A stretch of DNA of 64,000 nucleotides from a virus, in IMG/VR virus record IMGVR_UViG_3300027896_005002, positions 123,488 through 187,487 of that record, one strand, 5' to 3'. Made by a program: the position numbers and the translations under genes. The notes under the pieces were generated by a model that made no database searches, was not told where the DNA came from, and saw nothing but the letters and a program-made list of their open reading frames with translations. Positions within the stretch are counted from its first letter, which is position 1; each line of letters starts with the position of its first letter. Of the stretch, positions 8,414 through 17,979 are shown in pieces.

Positions 8414-9531
8414 GCGTCCTCACTTTTATATTTTAATTGGGTCATTTTGCATTCACTTACATCAACGTCATCTCTTATTTCTTTGAAGCTTGGTTGGTAT
8501 AAGCAACCGTTTCGATATGCGTAAAGGTATTTAATTTCGACGACTGATCCAATAGGTGGGTGCCGACTGCAACTGCAATAGCCGACAAATTCTCGATCAC
8601 CAGCTCCATTGAAAAGTTCCATTCCTATTGAGGCTTTTCCAGTACGACCTTCAACGACGATGACTGAACATTCGGCATAAAATTTGAATTTGAATTGATC
8701 GAGACCTTTTCCGGGAGAGAAAATTGCTGACATTTTCTTGAAGACGATTCCTTCTTTTCCTTGGGCCTCGAGTTTGTTGTAAAAAGCGACTTTAGCTGCT
8801 TTGCCGACAATGATGTCAAGGATTTTGATTTTGGGACCGAATCGTAATTGATTAAGAATATGATATCGTTGAAGATAAGGCAAAATGCGCAAATTCATTG
8901 TACCGAGTTCGAGGATGTCCCAAGTATAAAAAATGCCGTTGACTTGTTCACCATCGATGAGAATATTGGGATTGATATTACTTAGCGATGCTTTGAATTC
9001 CGAATCACATTCACAACCGATTCCTTTTTTATTTCGAACAGTTAAAATACCGTTGGTCAAATGAAGAGAAAGATGCTTACCGTCCTTTTTTTCTTGAGCA
9101 CAAAAATCATCGTCATCAAGCAATCGAGCAAGGTCATCTTCATCAGTTTCTGTAAGTAATTGAGGGATGAATCCAATGTCGATGTCATCGTCAGGTGCTT
9201 CCCTTCTTTCTGCAGCTTTTCTTCGATTTTCTCGAATTAATTTGAAAGCCTCGGTCGCTGTCCGGAATTTTACTGGATCGTTTTGGCCAGTTTGACTGTC
9301 TTGGTGACACTGTCTTACGATTTTGCGAAAGGCTGTTTTTACTTCATCCTCTGTTGCCGTTGGTGATACACCAATTACCGTGAAGGCTGATGTCGCAGTT
9401 AGATTTTTAGCAGAATCTGAATTTTTAAGAGCTTCACTAAAAATACCGGCCCATTGATTGGGATTTCCTTTTTCACCAGTATATGTACCGTATTTTGATG
9501 GTGATGACCAGATAGAAGATTTTTTAGCCAT
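8410..9531 (-). CDS. ATP-dependent DNA ligase with N-terminal J-like domain
   Basis: Ligase motif I EKKDGKHL, motif III FYTWDILEL, motif IV EGIVFKK. The N-terminus (EDEVKTAFRKIVRQCHQDSQTGQND..FRTATEAFKLI) is J-domain-like with HQD in place of HPD. The start is taken as MAKKSSIW, which has a GAGGAG box 8 nt upstream. Confidence 0.6.
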   Translation of the reverse strand: MAKKSSIWSSPSKYGTYTGEKGNPNQWAGIFSEALKNSDSAKNLTATSAFTVIGVSPTATEDEVKTAFRKIVRQCHQDSQTGQNDPVKFRTATEAFKLIRENRRKAAERREAPDDDIDIGFIPQLLTETDEDDLARLLDDDDFCAQEKKDGKHLSLHLTNGILTVRNKKGIGCECDSEFKASLSNINPNILIDGEQVNGIFYTWDILELGTMNLRILPYLQRYHILNQLRFGPKIKILDIIVGKAAKVAFYNKLEAQGKEGIVFKKMSAIFSPGKGLDQFKFKFYAECSVIVVEGRTGKASIGMELFNGAGDREFVGYCSCSRHPPIGSVVEIKYLYAYRNGCLYQPSFKEIRDDVDVSECKMTQLKYKSEDA

Positions 9532-9773
9532 TATCGAACTCCTCTGCATGCATGTTCACGAGTTCCGATTGCGAATTTTTTCATGACTTCTTTTGATTCC
9601 CGAGCTAAAGGTCCATGCCATTGGGACATATTGGCCAAAGAATAAAGTATTTGCGTTTTTAATCCATCAGTTCCATATTCATCGATTGCTCGAGGAATGG
9701 CCTTCAAATATGCAGCACCGATAGGATCCCTTACATTTTCTATAGCATTTTTGATGGCTTCATCGAGTGTCAT
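9531..9773 (-). CDS. hypothetical protein
   Basis: 80 aa, coupled to the downstream ligase gene. Confidence 0.3.
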   Translation of the reverse strand: MTLDEAIKNAIENVRDPIGAAYLKAIPRAIDEYGTDGLKTQILYSLANMSQWHGPLARESKEVMKKFAIGTREHACRGVR

Positions 9774-9785
9774 AATGTGGTAGTC

Positions 9786-10058
9786 CTATTTTGCTTTAAT
9801 GATTTCAACCGGAACGCCTTCGCAACTATCATGTTGTTGTCTATCAATTTTTGCATATTCGGTTTTGAGAGTTTCGATGATAGATGCCATTTTTTTCATG
9901 ATTACAGCTTTGTGATTTGCGCCTTTTCCCTGATTCCACATTTCACCGCCGATTGTAACGGCGTATTTTGCTCCACCATCATCATCCGATTCCGTAATAT
10001 TTACCCGAAATTTTCGAGTCTTTGTTACGAATACTTCAACCTTTGCTTTTTTAGCCAT
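9786..10058 (-). CDS. hypothetical protein
   Basis: 90-aa ORF. Confidence 0.3.
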   Translation of the reverse strand: MAKKAKVEVFVTKTRKFRVNITESDDDGGAKYAVTIGGEMWNQGKGANHKAVIMKKMASIIETLKTEYAKIDRQQHDSCEGVPVEIIKAK

Positions 10059-10229
10059 GATTTCCTCACGCCATCACTAAGGTTTTTGATTTTCTGGTTT
10101 TAGTCCGCTCATCCTTTTTGTACCAGCGATATGCCGTTGATTTGCTGATCGGTTTCGTGTTCGGTGAACAGGTTCCGTATTTTGAAGGCGATGTCCAAAT
10201 GCTGTTTTTCATAATTTCCTCTTTTTTTT

Positions 10230-10508
10230 TTAAGCATGAACCAAAGCTTGTTTCGTGTAGGAAGCCAAGGACCTACGACCGAATTTCCTACCTTGAACGC
10301 CGATAGATTCCAGGTGCTTGCAGTGGCCATGACGAATATTTCCACGGCAGGAACAAGTCCACCATTGGGCGCCAGGAGCATTGTCGTAAGAAACCATGTA
10401 AAGTTGATTGGAAGAAGACGACCGGACTTTGAATCTGACTTTGTAACGATCTGAATCCGGAAGAACCTCGACCGCTGTGTGCTGAATCCTGCTCATTAAA
10501 TCGTTCAT
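10230..10508 (-). CDS. SWIM-type zinc-finger protein
   Basis: WWTCSCRGNIRHGHCKHL fits the CxC...CxH SWIM pattern. AAGGAG SD. The bipartite promoter motif lies upstream. Confidence 0.35.
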   Translation of the reverse strand: MNDLMSRIQHTAVEVLPDSDRYKVRFKVRSSSSNQLYMVSYDNAPGAQWWTCSCRGNIRHGHCKHLESIGVQGRKFGRRSLASYTKQALVHA

Positions 10509-10540
10509 ATTTGCTCCTTATGGTTTATTGTTTCCTTTTT

Positions 10541-10594
10541 CCTATTAATTATAATCATGTTGACAGCGCGTACTGCGTTCAAAATGTGGCCGTT
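10541..10594 (-). promoter_or_regulatory. bipartite promoter-like element (GCGTTCAAAATGTGGCCGT plus TGATTATAATTAATAGG)
   Basis: The upstream motif and a TATA-rich extended -10-like box show the same spacing as at 13233, 14282 and 20461. It lies upstream of the minus-strand gene that starts at 10508. Confidence 0.45.
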
Positions 10595-10650
10595 CTTTCT
10601 ATGTATTTTTAACGTAGAAATACCGCCATTTTTTGACGACGGAAAGGAAA

Positions 10651-11421
10651 TCACCTATCAAGAATTGTAGTCTTTGAAATTGTTCCGCCTTGAGGTATTG
10701 AAATCAAATAACAGCCGTATTCTTTGCTATATTGACGGTGTATTTTGATGCCAGTTTTTTCCGAAGCGTATTCAATTGACCTATATGCATATGGAGGAAC
10801 TGCAATACTTCCATACATGGCATTCTTTTCCAAAAAGTCTAAAAGTTTGACGTAAAAATATGTTCCTTTTTTGGGAAGTGGGAAAAGAGTATTCTCAGTA
10901 GTGAACCTAGACTCTGTTCCTTGAACCAATTGATGTTTCCATTCTTTCCAATCGCCACTGATGATCCAATTGCACGGTTTTGGATAACCTTCAATGTGAT
11001 AGACACAAACATCAAGACCTGAAAGCGTTTTTACAATTGATCGAGAATAAAAATTGCCCGGTCGATTTTCATCATAACCTTCTAATCGATCCAAGAATTG
11101 GAAGTGGTCAACTTCAAAAACTTCGCCATGTACAAGATAATTGAAAGGATCTTGAAGGGTAATGAAGGGAAATCCTACCGTAAAATTAAACATTCGACCT
11201 CGGATTTTATCTTTACAAATAAATTTGCCATTAGAATTTTCCATTACCTGATAATTACTTAATCCACGTAAAAGAGTCCCATATACAAAGACGAGTTTCT
11301 TCATACTTTTATCTCGATTTTTTTGAAAGATTTTTCGATCATTGGCCTTACAATAACCGCAATTTGTGGCACTTTCTTGTGACCGATGTTTATGACCTTC
11401 ACGACAAAGATATATTGACAT
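10651..11421 (-). CDS. gamma-glutamyl cyclotransferase (GGCT/AIG2-like) domain protein with N-terminal zinc ribbon
   Basis: LVFVYGTLLRGLSNYQVM matches the GGCT N-terminal motif, followed by a conserved E (HGEVFEV). The C-terminal segment AYRSIEYASEKTGIKI is shared with the ORF at 22519. Confidence 0.55.
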   Translation of the reverse strand: MSIYLCREGHKHRSQESATNCGYCKANDRKIFQKNRDKSMKKLVFVYGTLLRGLSNYQVMENSNGKFICKDKIRGRMFNFTVGFPFITLQDPFNYLVHGEVFEVDHFQFLDRLEGYDENRPGNFYSRSIVKTLSGLDVCVYHIEGYPKPCNWIISGDWKEWKHQLVQGTESRFTTENTLFPLPKKGTYFYVKLLDFLEKNAMYGSIAVPPYAYRSIEYASEKTGIKIHRQYSKEYGCYLISIPQGGTISKTTILDR

Positions 11422-11547
11422 TTTTGATGTCCTCCATCATTTGATTTCGAAGAAATGTTTCCAAAGCTAATGCTGTTGAATGCGATATATGACCAGCTTT
11501 TGCAAGATCCCAAACACCCATAATTTGAAGAAGATATTTTTTGATAC

Positions 11548-11808
11548 TCATATCTGTTCCAAATAAGATTTGATTGATCTTTTGAAAATTTCCGTAGCTT
11601 CTTCTGCTCGCAAAGCTGGTACAACGCCACCATGAGATTGAAAAGCAGCGATGACATTGTCATTTTTATCTTCAATGTAGCCGTAGTAATGGCCTTGACC
11701 GAATTCACTTACCCTTTGCGTGAGTTTGCAGTAAAAGCCGTCGATTTCCTGAATGAGAGTGTGAAATGTAATTTTTTTGTCGAATATTGTCGCAAGGTCG
11801 TCGCTCAT
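11548..11808 (-). CDS. hypothetical protein
   Basis: The start is set at the MSDDLATIF methionine so that ATG overlaps the upstream TGA (ATGA). Confidence 0.3.
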   Translation of the reverse strand: MSDDLATIFDKKITFHTLIQEIDGFYCKLTQRVSEFGQGHYYGYIEDKNDNVIAAFQSHGGVVPALRAEEATEIFKRSIKSYLEQI

Positions 11809-12047
11809 AATGTGGCCGTACTTTCTTTGAACTGTCCGTAAGAGTCGCAAAAATTTTCCCAAACTCCAATGGGCAATTCAATGGTCGTTTTTTCGGAACC
11901 TTCGATAGCAATTGCTTTGACGATGGGCTCGCATAATTTCAGGAAGTTTTCAAATTCCTGTTTCATGCAAGTATAATCTTCAAAGCTGACGTATTTGCCA
12001 TTGTTTTCTTGCATCATGCAAGTTTTTACATCAAATCGTTTTACCAT
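11805..12047 (-). CDS. hypothetical protein
   Basis: 80 aa. GAGGAAAT SD upstream. Confidence 0.35.
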   Translation of the reverse strand: MVKRFDVKTCMMQENNGKYVSFEDYTCMKQEFENFLKLCEPIVKAIAIEGSEKTTIELPIGVWENFCDSYGQFKESTATL

Positions 12048-12054
12048 GATTTCC

Positions 12055-12468
12055 TCAGTTTAATTCATCGGGATTAGCGGTTTGCGATTCTTCGGCCGGC
12101 AAATTCGAAATCAAAGCATCGATTGCCTGTTGCCGTTCCAAAACCATCGCCTGATACGCTTCATAATCGTTTTGCGCCGGATTGGTCACCTTATAATCTT
12201 TCGTATAGGTGTGACCGGTTTTGCCATCCTCATTGACCCAAATATGAAAGCCGGCAGCATCGGCCTTTTTCGAAAGAACGCGTAGCTTGGAGCATTTTTC
12301 CTCGATCTTCGTATTGATCTCCGATTGCGTATCTTCATTACCGTCAGCTTCAGCAAATTCCACTTTGTGCTGGCCAATGGCTTTGTTGAGCATCCTATAG
12401 GCCTTGATGATTTGCAGGTTCGGGTCATCCGCGATTCCGCTTTTTGATACGATTTGTTTCGTCGCCAT
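12055..12468 (-). CDS. hypothetical protein
   Basis: 137-aa ORF in a locally GC-richer stretch. Confidence 0.35.
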   Translation of the reverse strand: MATKQIVSKSGIADDPNLQIIKAYRMLNKAIGQHKVEFAEADGNEDTQSEINTKIEEKCSKLRVLSKKADAAGFHIWVNEDGKTGHTYTKDYKVTNPAQNDYEAYQAMVLERQQAIDALISNLPAEESQTANPDELN

Positions 12469-12505
12469 ATCTTCTCCTTGTAAATGTGAACTGTGAACTT
12501 TTTTT

Positions 12506-13201
12506 TTACTTCGGATATTTGACCGCCGGTTGATACCTGCAAGCGGTTGTGACTTTTTCTACCGTTTCTTTTTGACCTTCCTCGATTGATTTCCGCATCT
12601 GGAAGTAATTGTACGAAAAATCTTCCGAGGGTTTCACCGTTTTGACTACATTGAAAAAATCGTTGTATCGATCAGCGAGAAGCGTTTTCAAAGCTTCAAC
12701 TTTTTCCGGGCGAAGGGTTGCGGTTTCAACAACCGTAAACATGATCTGGAATTTTTCCTTGAAGATTTTCTTCAAAGGTTCTTCCATTGCGATATCCATC
12801 GCGGAATATGATTCGCGGAATTGAATCTGCATCTGGGGTGGTTTGTAATTTTCTTCATCATCTTTGTCGGCACCTTTGATGTAAACCGTTTTGTAAAACA
12901 TATCATCGTTGAAAGCTTTTTCTTTTGCTTTTGCGGCCTCTTTTTTCAGAACATCTTCGAGCTCCACTAATTCCGTTTGCAAGTTTTCGATGTTCCGGGA
13001 AATTTCGATGCACTGATCAACGACGACTGTATAGGGTTTTTTTCCTTTATGATCTTCGGTTACCAAAGTGCAATCATCATCGAGAATGGGACTTTCAATA
13101 ATAAGTTTATCCTTATTGCGGTCGTTCTGGTTCTTTTTGCTACCAGCCAACTTAATGGCAGGCAAATCTTCAATTACGACCGGTGCTGCTTTTTTCTTCA
13201 T
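12506..13201 (-). CDS. hypothetical protein
   Basis: 231 aa. AAGGAGA SD. Promoter motif upstream. Confidence 0.4.
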   Translation of the reverse strand: MKKKAAPVVIEDLPAIKLAGSKKNQNDRNKDKLIIESPILDDDCTLVTEDHKGKKPYTVVVDQCIEISRNIENLQTELVELEDVLKKEAAKAKEKAFNDDMFYKTVYIKGADKDDEENYKPPQMQIQFRESYSAMDIAMEEPLKKIFKEKFQIMFTVVETATLRPEKVEALKTLLADRYNDFFNVVKTVKPSEDFSYNYFQMRKSIEEGQKETVEKVTTACRYQPAVKYPK

Positions 13202-13232
13202 ATATTCTCCTTTAAAAAAGTGATTTCCTTTT

Positions 13233-13284
13233 CCTATTTATATAATCAGTCATTTTTCACAAACCGCGTTCCAAAAGTGGCTGT
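13233..13284 (-). promoter_or_regulatory. bipartite promoter-like element (CCGCGTTCCAAAAGTGGCTGT plus TGATTATATAAATAGG)
   Basis: Conserved motif pair upstream of the gene that starts at 13201. Confidence 0.45.
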
Positions 13285-13409
13285 CGACCTAACTATTTAG
13301 TTATCCATGTTTTAGAAGAATCTGAATGGTTGTATATAGAACATAAATAAAAGTCGATGATAAAATGACACCAAAGATGAATTTGTATAATTTTCTCATA
13401 TTGCTCTCC

Positions 13410-14009
13410 TCAAGCGTTGTTTACTTTTAAGAATGCACGACAATTTGGACATCGAAATAACCAATATTCTATTGATGTGGGATCGTTTTCGTCTTTTATT
13501 TTAACAGTTATCAAATCTTTTTTTGCATATTTTCTACCACAAGCCGGACATTCATCTCTTTTTATTTGTAAATTTCCTCTATTTGTTTCCCATACTTGTC
13601 CAGGTTTGCTGTTTGATTGTATCTTTCTCCAAACTTTACCAGATGCCCAGTCATGCTGTGATTGTTGATATCGTTCAAACCGTTGTCGAGCTTGTTTTTC
13701 AACTCGATAAATCGCATTGAGTAAATTTGATCGCCAACCATTTACTCTGAGAACCTTTATAGTCCTTATCCAACCAATTCTATCTGTGATATTTACCGCG
13801 CATATGCGAATTGCATCCTGACCTTTTCCGCGACCGTTACCATTTTGTTTTGAAATTGATGAATATACTTTTATAATAATTTTTGGATTCTCAATCAAGA
13901 TTTTTTCATATACATATTCTCTGGTGGTTGAAGGTCCAGTAGCTTCTTCAAAAAAAAGATTTGCCATTACAACATTCATCTCGTTGAGAGTTATTACCGT
14001 ATAATGCAT
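13410..14009 (-). CDS. hypothetical protein with C-terminal zinc ribbon
   Basis: CPACGRK...CPNCRAF. AAGGAGAAAATA SD. Confidence 0.35.
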   Translation of the reverse strand: MHYTVITLNEMNVVMANLFFEEATGPSTTREYVYEKILIENPKIIIKVYSSISKQNGNGRGKGQDAIRICAVNITDRIGWIRTIKVLRVNGWRSNLLNAIYRVEKQARQRFERYQQSQHDWASGKVWRKIQSNSKPGQVWETNRGNLQIKRDECPACGRKYAKKDLITVKIKDENDPTSIEYWLFRCPNCRAFLKVNNA

Positions 14010-14274
14010 ATTTTCTCCTTATCGTCTTTTTGGTCTTTTGGAATTGTAACAAAGGAGTGCAGTAAATTACATCTTTTGTTTGCTTCATAATACGAGCGTG
14101 ATCAACCAACATATCAAATAGTTGGTAGCGACTTTCAGCAGATTTTGTTGTTTGAGAATAATTTCTATAAAATTTATCTGGAAAGGGATCATAAAGTACT
14201 TCAACTTTAACAGAAAATCTTTTTGTTTTAAAAGCTACTTCCGGAATTTTTGCCGTCAATTTAATTTTTTTCAT
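13948..14274 (-). CDS. hypothetical protein
   Basis: The start is set at MKKIKLTAK, with an AGGAGA box 7 nt upstream. The longer listed ORF would run through the promoter element. The 3' end overlaps the next gene by 62 nt. Confidence 0.35.
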   Translation of the reverse strand: MKKIKLTAKIPEVAFKTKRFSVKVEVLYDPFPDKFYRNYSQTTKSAESRYQLFDMLVDHARIMKQTKDVIYCTPLLQFQKTKKTIRRKYALYGNNSQRDECCNGKSFF

Positions 14275-14281
14275 TGTTTTT

Positions 14282-14410
14282 CTCCTATTATATATGATCA
14301 TGTCACTACGTGTTGTGCGTTCCAAATGTGGCTGTAGAAAAAAACAAATCTACGACTGCCATTTTTGGACCGCAATTAGTGGATTGATATGATTATATAA
14401 AATAGGAGAA
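14282..14410. promoter_or_regulatory. divergent promoter region with the bipartite motif in both orientations
   Basis: On the minus-strand side: TGCGTTCCAAATGTGGCTGT plus GATCATATATAATAGGAG. On the plus-strand side: GACTGCCATTTTTGGACCGC plus GATTATATAAAATAGGAG, ahead of the gene at 14438. Confidence 0.5.
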
Positions 14411-14437
14411 TGAAAACAATAAAAAAGGAATGATTAT

Positions 14438-15634
14438 ATGATAACAATCGGATGTGACCCAGAGTTCCTAGTACTCGGGCCCGATAACATGGTTAAAGGC
14501 TTCAACATCGGTCACAGTTGTCCCGCTGGAAATATTGGCACCGATCATGGTGGATCGGTTGGAGAATTAAGGCCAATGTATGGAACGCCCCGTCAGGTAA
14601 CCGAAAATATTCGGGAACTTTTTCGAATCATTCACACCAAAACTCCTCGCGATAAAATTGCTGCCGGTGGCGGTGAAAAATACGGTCATTCAATCGGTGG
14701 TCATATTCACTTTGGTGGAGTACAATTGGATCATACTTACGAATCTTGCACACGACAAAGAAATCGCGGACGAGTGAGACCCTTAACACTTGATCGTTCC
14801 AGGACAGTTCACAAATTAGTTTATATGCTCGATTATTATCTCGGTCGTCGGTTGAAAAAAATTGACGGCGGACAACGACCAAAATCAGCAAATTACGGTC
14901 GTTTATCTGACATCGAATCAAAAGGAACGGATCGATTCGAATATCGCACACCACCATCGTGGTTATCCGATCCGCAATTGACGGAATCCACTTTGGCAAT
15001 TTCATATCGGATCGCGGAAATGTGGAAAGAAAATCCGCGATGTTTCGATGAAATCATCAACCGAAACAAAAGCATCGCCCGAAAAAAAGAATATGGAGTT
15101 TTAATTCCCAATTCTGGTGATCAAAGAAATTACTACTCTGAACAAGTTGCAGCTTTTAAGCGAATAGCTTTTTCGAAAACATACCGAATGGACAATGCCA
15201 ATTGTTTGGACACATGGTTATCCGGTTCTCAAATCGCACAAATTGTCGATCGAATGTCGAAGAAGATTGCGTTGCAAATTTGCCAGATGAAATTGATAAC
15301 AAATCAGGACGGCATAGAATCAGAATCAGTCGTAAAAGTTTTGCGGTTTGCGGTACCTGAAGTAAAAATCATAGCACAGAGATTTAATTATCATCATGCT
15401 TTCCGGTCCCGAATTAAGGATGACACAATTTACATCAGCAAAAATTTGAGACCGTATCTTAAGGTAAAACGCGGGCATCACTTCCGAGTAAAATTTGCCC
15501 AATTTGACAACAACACTGTGGTTTATAAAACCGGCAACAGCAACATTTTGAATGAAGTAATAACAATTTTCGAAACCGGTGCAAGGAAAAAGCTTCGCAA
15601 AGCTGATGCAAATTTGATACCGGCTCAGTCATAA
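14438..15634 (+). CDS. putative amidoligase (glutamine-synthetase-like COOH-NH2 ligase, Amidoligase_2-like)
   Basis: N-terminal GCDPEF acidic strand and a GGHIHFGG His-rich loop recall GS-like amidoligases. This call is tentative. Context includes GAT-II (18641) and GGCT (10651) genes. Local GC content is higher than the flanks. Confidence 0.35.
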   Translation: MITIGCDPEFLVLGPDNMVKGFNIGHSCPAGNIGTDHGGSVGELRPMYGTPRQVTENIRELFRIIHTKTPRDKIAAGGGEKYGHSIGGHIHFGGVQLDHTYESCTRQRNRGRVRPLTLDRSRTVHKLVYMLDYYLGRRLKKIDGGQRPKSANYGRLSDIESKGTDRFEYRTPPSWLSDPQLTESTLAISYRIAEMWKENPRCFDEIINRNKSIARKKEYGVLIPNSGDQRNYYSEQVAAFKRIAFSKTYRMDNANCLDTWLSGSQIAQIVDRMSKKIALQICQMKLITNQDGIESESVVKVLRFAVPEVKIIAQRFNYHHAFRSRIKDDTIYISKNLRPYLKVKRGHHFRVKFAQFDNNTVVYKTGNSNILNEVITIFETGARKKLRKADANLIPAQS

Positions 15635-15705
15635 AAAAATGAAGAAATCTGGCCAAACTGTAAAAAACTGTTGATTATAAACATATACAAAAAGAGGAGG
15701 ATCAC

Positions 15706-16128
15706 ATGGCACAAGAAGTAATGCTTCAATTCGGAAATGATGATGAAGGCCTAAACTTGACCGGCACCGTCAATTTCCCAAATACGATTAACCTTCAAGG
15801 TCTCTCGGTCCTTTCAATCAAAGGTCTCGGGGAATGGCGTCATGCACCGGCCAATATCGTTCATATCAACGAACGAACGATTGAAACCTTCGGCATGAAG
15901 GAAAAGTCGAAGAATCTTTCGAAGGTTGGTCTCAATTGGATCGGAATCAAGGCCAACAGCGACATCCTTTTGGCGCATTCGCTGCGTCACGGTCGGACCG
16001 GAACGAAAAAGGTGCAGGATTTATTGACGAAGTTTTTCAAGGCCATCGGCGCTTCTTCCGTCAAATTCAGTATCCTGGACACCGAAAAAGAAATGGCCCA
16101 ACAGGCGGTACACGACGATAATCAGTAA
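15706..16128 (+). CDS. hypothetical protein
   Basis: 140 aa. Strong SD (AAGAGGAGG). Confidence 0.4.
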   Translation: MAQEVMLQFGNDDEGLNLTGTVNFPNTINLQGLSVLSIKGLGEWRHAPANIVHINERTIETFGMKEKSKNLSKVGLNWIGIKANSDILLAHSLRHGRTGTKKVQDLLTKFFKAIGASSVKFSILDTEKEMAQQAVHDDNQ

Positions 16129-16137
16129 TTCAGAAAC

Positions 16138-16165
16138 GGCCGTCCTAAATGGCGCCTGGACGGCC
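16138..16165 (+). terminator. GC-rich hairpin (GGCCGTCC-n12-GGACGGCC) after the gene ending at 16128
   Basis: Perfect 8-bp GC stem. No U-tract, so this may be an RNA stability or processing hairpin rather than an intrinsic terminator. Confidence 0.3.
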
Positions 16166-16218
16166 AATTCAATTGAACGGAATTTCCTTAACCAATAACA
16201 ACCTTCAAAGGAGGGAAT

Positions 16219-16542
16219 ATGGCGACAAAAAAACTTAAGTCGCTTAAGATCGAACGCAAAAAGAAAAAGGCCAAAAAGCAGGCAAAAATTCGCTTGACCA
16301 TCAAGGTCGCGAAAGTCGATCGCACGGCACGGAAAATCAAAGCCTTTGCGAAGAAATCCCTGAAATCAGCCATCAAGGGCCTCAAAGGCGCCAAGGTCAA
16401 AAAAATACCCGAACGCCTTTACCGGAAAATCGATGCCGCAATCGCCGGCAGCGCCGATCTCAAAACAATCGTCGACGAAGCCGTCGTCAAAATGGTCAAT
16501 GACAACCTTCTTCCCAAAAAGAAAGAAAAAGCGGAAGCATAA
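16219..16542 (+). CDS. lysine/alanine-rich histone H1-like DNA-binding protein
   Basis: KKAKKQAKIRLTIKVAKV ... AKKSLKSAIKGLKGAKVKK. SD AAAGGAGGG. Confidence 0.4.
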   Translation: MATKKLKSLKIERKKKKAKKQAKIRLTIKVAKVDRTARKIKAFAKKSLKSAIKGLKGAKVKKIPERLYRKIDAAIAGSADLKTIVDEAVVKMVNDNLLPKKKEKAEA

Positions 16543-16866
16543 ACCGTCATGGCCACTAAAAGAAAAAAGAAGGACACAAAATTGATTCCTTGTCCCGAAT
16601 GGAATGAGGATTCAAAATGTGTCCTTCCTTCTTGGGAAAGCAAAAAGTGTGGAAAGAACTACTGCAAAATATTACCACATGTTGAAAACAAAAATATAAT
16701 ATGATAAAATATTATAAGAACTATCCGGCGTAGAAAGGTCGACGTAACTGTCCCTTCAAAACTAACGGAGCTTATTAAGCATTGAAGTTAGCTACGCACT
16801 TGGTAATTGAAGAAACATCAATTACATTCACTTACTAGAAAACTTAAATTGATTTTGAAGAACTGA

Positions 16867-16904
16867 TTGAGACTGAGAATGCATGCTCGGTCTCAATTTT
16901 TTTT
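16867..16904 (+). terminator. rho-independent terminator
   Basis: TTGAGAC-tgagaatgcatgctcg-GTCTCAA followed by a T8 run, downstream of the plus-strand cluster at 14438-16542. Confidence 0.5.
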
Positions 16905-16923
16905 GAAATGATGACAACCACTT

Positions 16924-17979
16924 TTAGCGACCAGTTTTGTCAAGATAAATTGGGTCTCTCTGTTTCAAGAATAATCTGCCAAAACCAACAATATATCTTT
17001 CTATCATTGGCTTTATCACTATTCCCTCTCTCAATTTATCAATCATAAAACTTTGACTATGAGAAGCTTCAGGCAATGTCCGTCCATTCAACCAATCCTT
17101 TAATGAAATATACGTCGAAATTATAGGCACCCATATTGCTCTCAAACCTGTTCGATCTAATATAGGTTGAAGTTCATTATAACCCAAAGGCCGACCATTT
17201 ATATCTATATCAAACAACCTTGTCGTAAACTTCTTTAAATTATAATGATTACCTTGCACTCCAGGCCCTATAAACTCACTCCTTATAGTCACTGCACAAT
17301 TTGGATAAAATTCTGATTGTATTATTTGAGCGGCTACTATTAATCCTTCATTTTTTGCTACTTGCCAAAAAGAATGATCTTCATGATCTGGCAAATTAAC
17401 TATTCCATGACCATGTGTACAAACACTTATTGTCTCATCTATACCAACAAAAGTAGCCATATTGCTACCTTCAATCTTCTCTGTTATCCACACTAATTCA
17501 TTCATCAATATGTCAACAATATCAATATGAGTCTCACAATTCTCAATATCATAATTATAAACCATCTCAGGTCTCTGAATCAAATTACCTGTACTTGTAA
17601 TTATCTCTGGCGCTTCATATTTAGTAACTCCTATAGCTGCTGTCAAATCAGTTGGTAAAGTATCAGTTTTTAAATATGTTTTTACACTATCTATGGATGT
17701 AACTAGTCCTTGACTTATTTCACCACGTAAGCGAACAGTTTTGATTCTATTTTGATCTTTTCCAGACAAAAAATTCTTGATATTTTGTTGTTGGATAAAA
17801 CCTTCAGGTAATAAAGAATCTATAGGGAAATATATTATTTCGTCACCAGTTTTATATAGACCTTTGGGTATTACAAATTGATATGTCATATCCTCGACTT
17901 GACCTAATTCAAGTTTATCTGCATTTGGATGAGGATACACTTTCGACAATTTCTTTCTTTCAACAGCAAAGGTACTCAT
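16924..17979 (-). CDS. RNA ligase (Rnl5/NgrRnl-like) with N-terminal tRNA-binding-type OB domain
   Basis: The N-terminal YPHPNADKLELGQVED resembles the Trbp111/MetRS C-terminal OB motif. The nucleotidyltransferase domain has motif I EKIEGSN, motif IV NEGLIVAAQ, and a REGIVIKP motif. Confidence 0.55.
   Translation of the reverse strand: MSTFAVERKKLSKVYPHPNADKLELGQVEDMTYQFVIPKGLYKTGDEIIYFPIDSLLPEGFIQQQNIKNFLSGKDQNRIKTVRLRGEISQGLVTSIDSVKTYLKTDTLPTDLTAAIGVTKYEAPEIITSTGNLIQRPEMVYNYDIENCETHIDIVDILMNELVWITEKIEGSNMATFVGIDETISVCTHGHGIVNLPDHEDHSFWQVAKNEGLIVAAQIIQSEFYPNCAVTIRSEFIGPGVQGNHYNLKKFTTRLFDIDINGRPLGYNELQPILDRTGLRAIWVPIISTYISLKDWLNGRTLPEASHSQSFMIDKLREGIVIKPMIERYIVGFGRLFLKQRDPIYLDKTGR

Noticed and set aside
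11301-11708. ORF 11301..11708 and ORF 12186..12542
   Set aside because: They overlap neighbouring better-supported genes extensively in other frames and have no SD.
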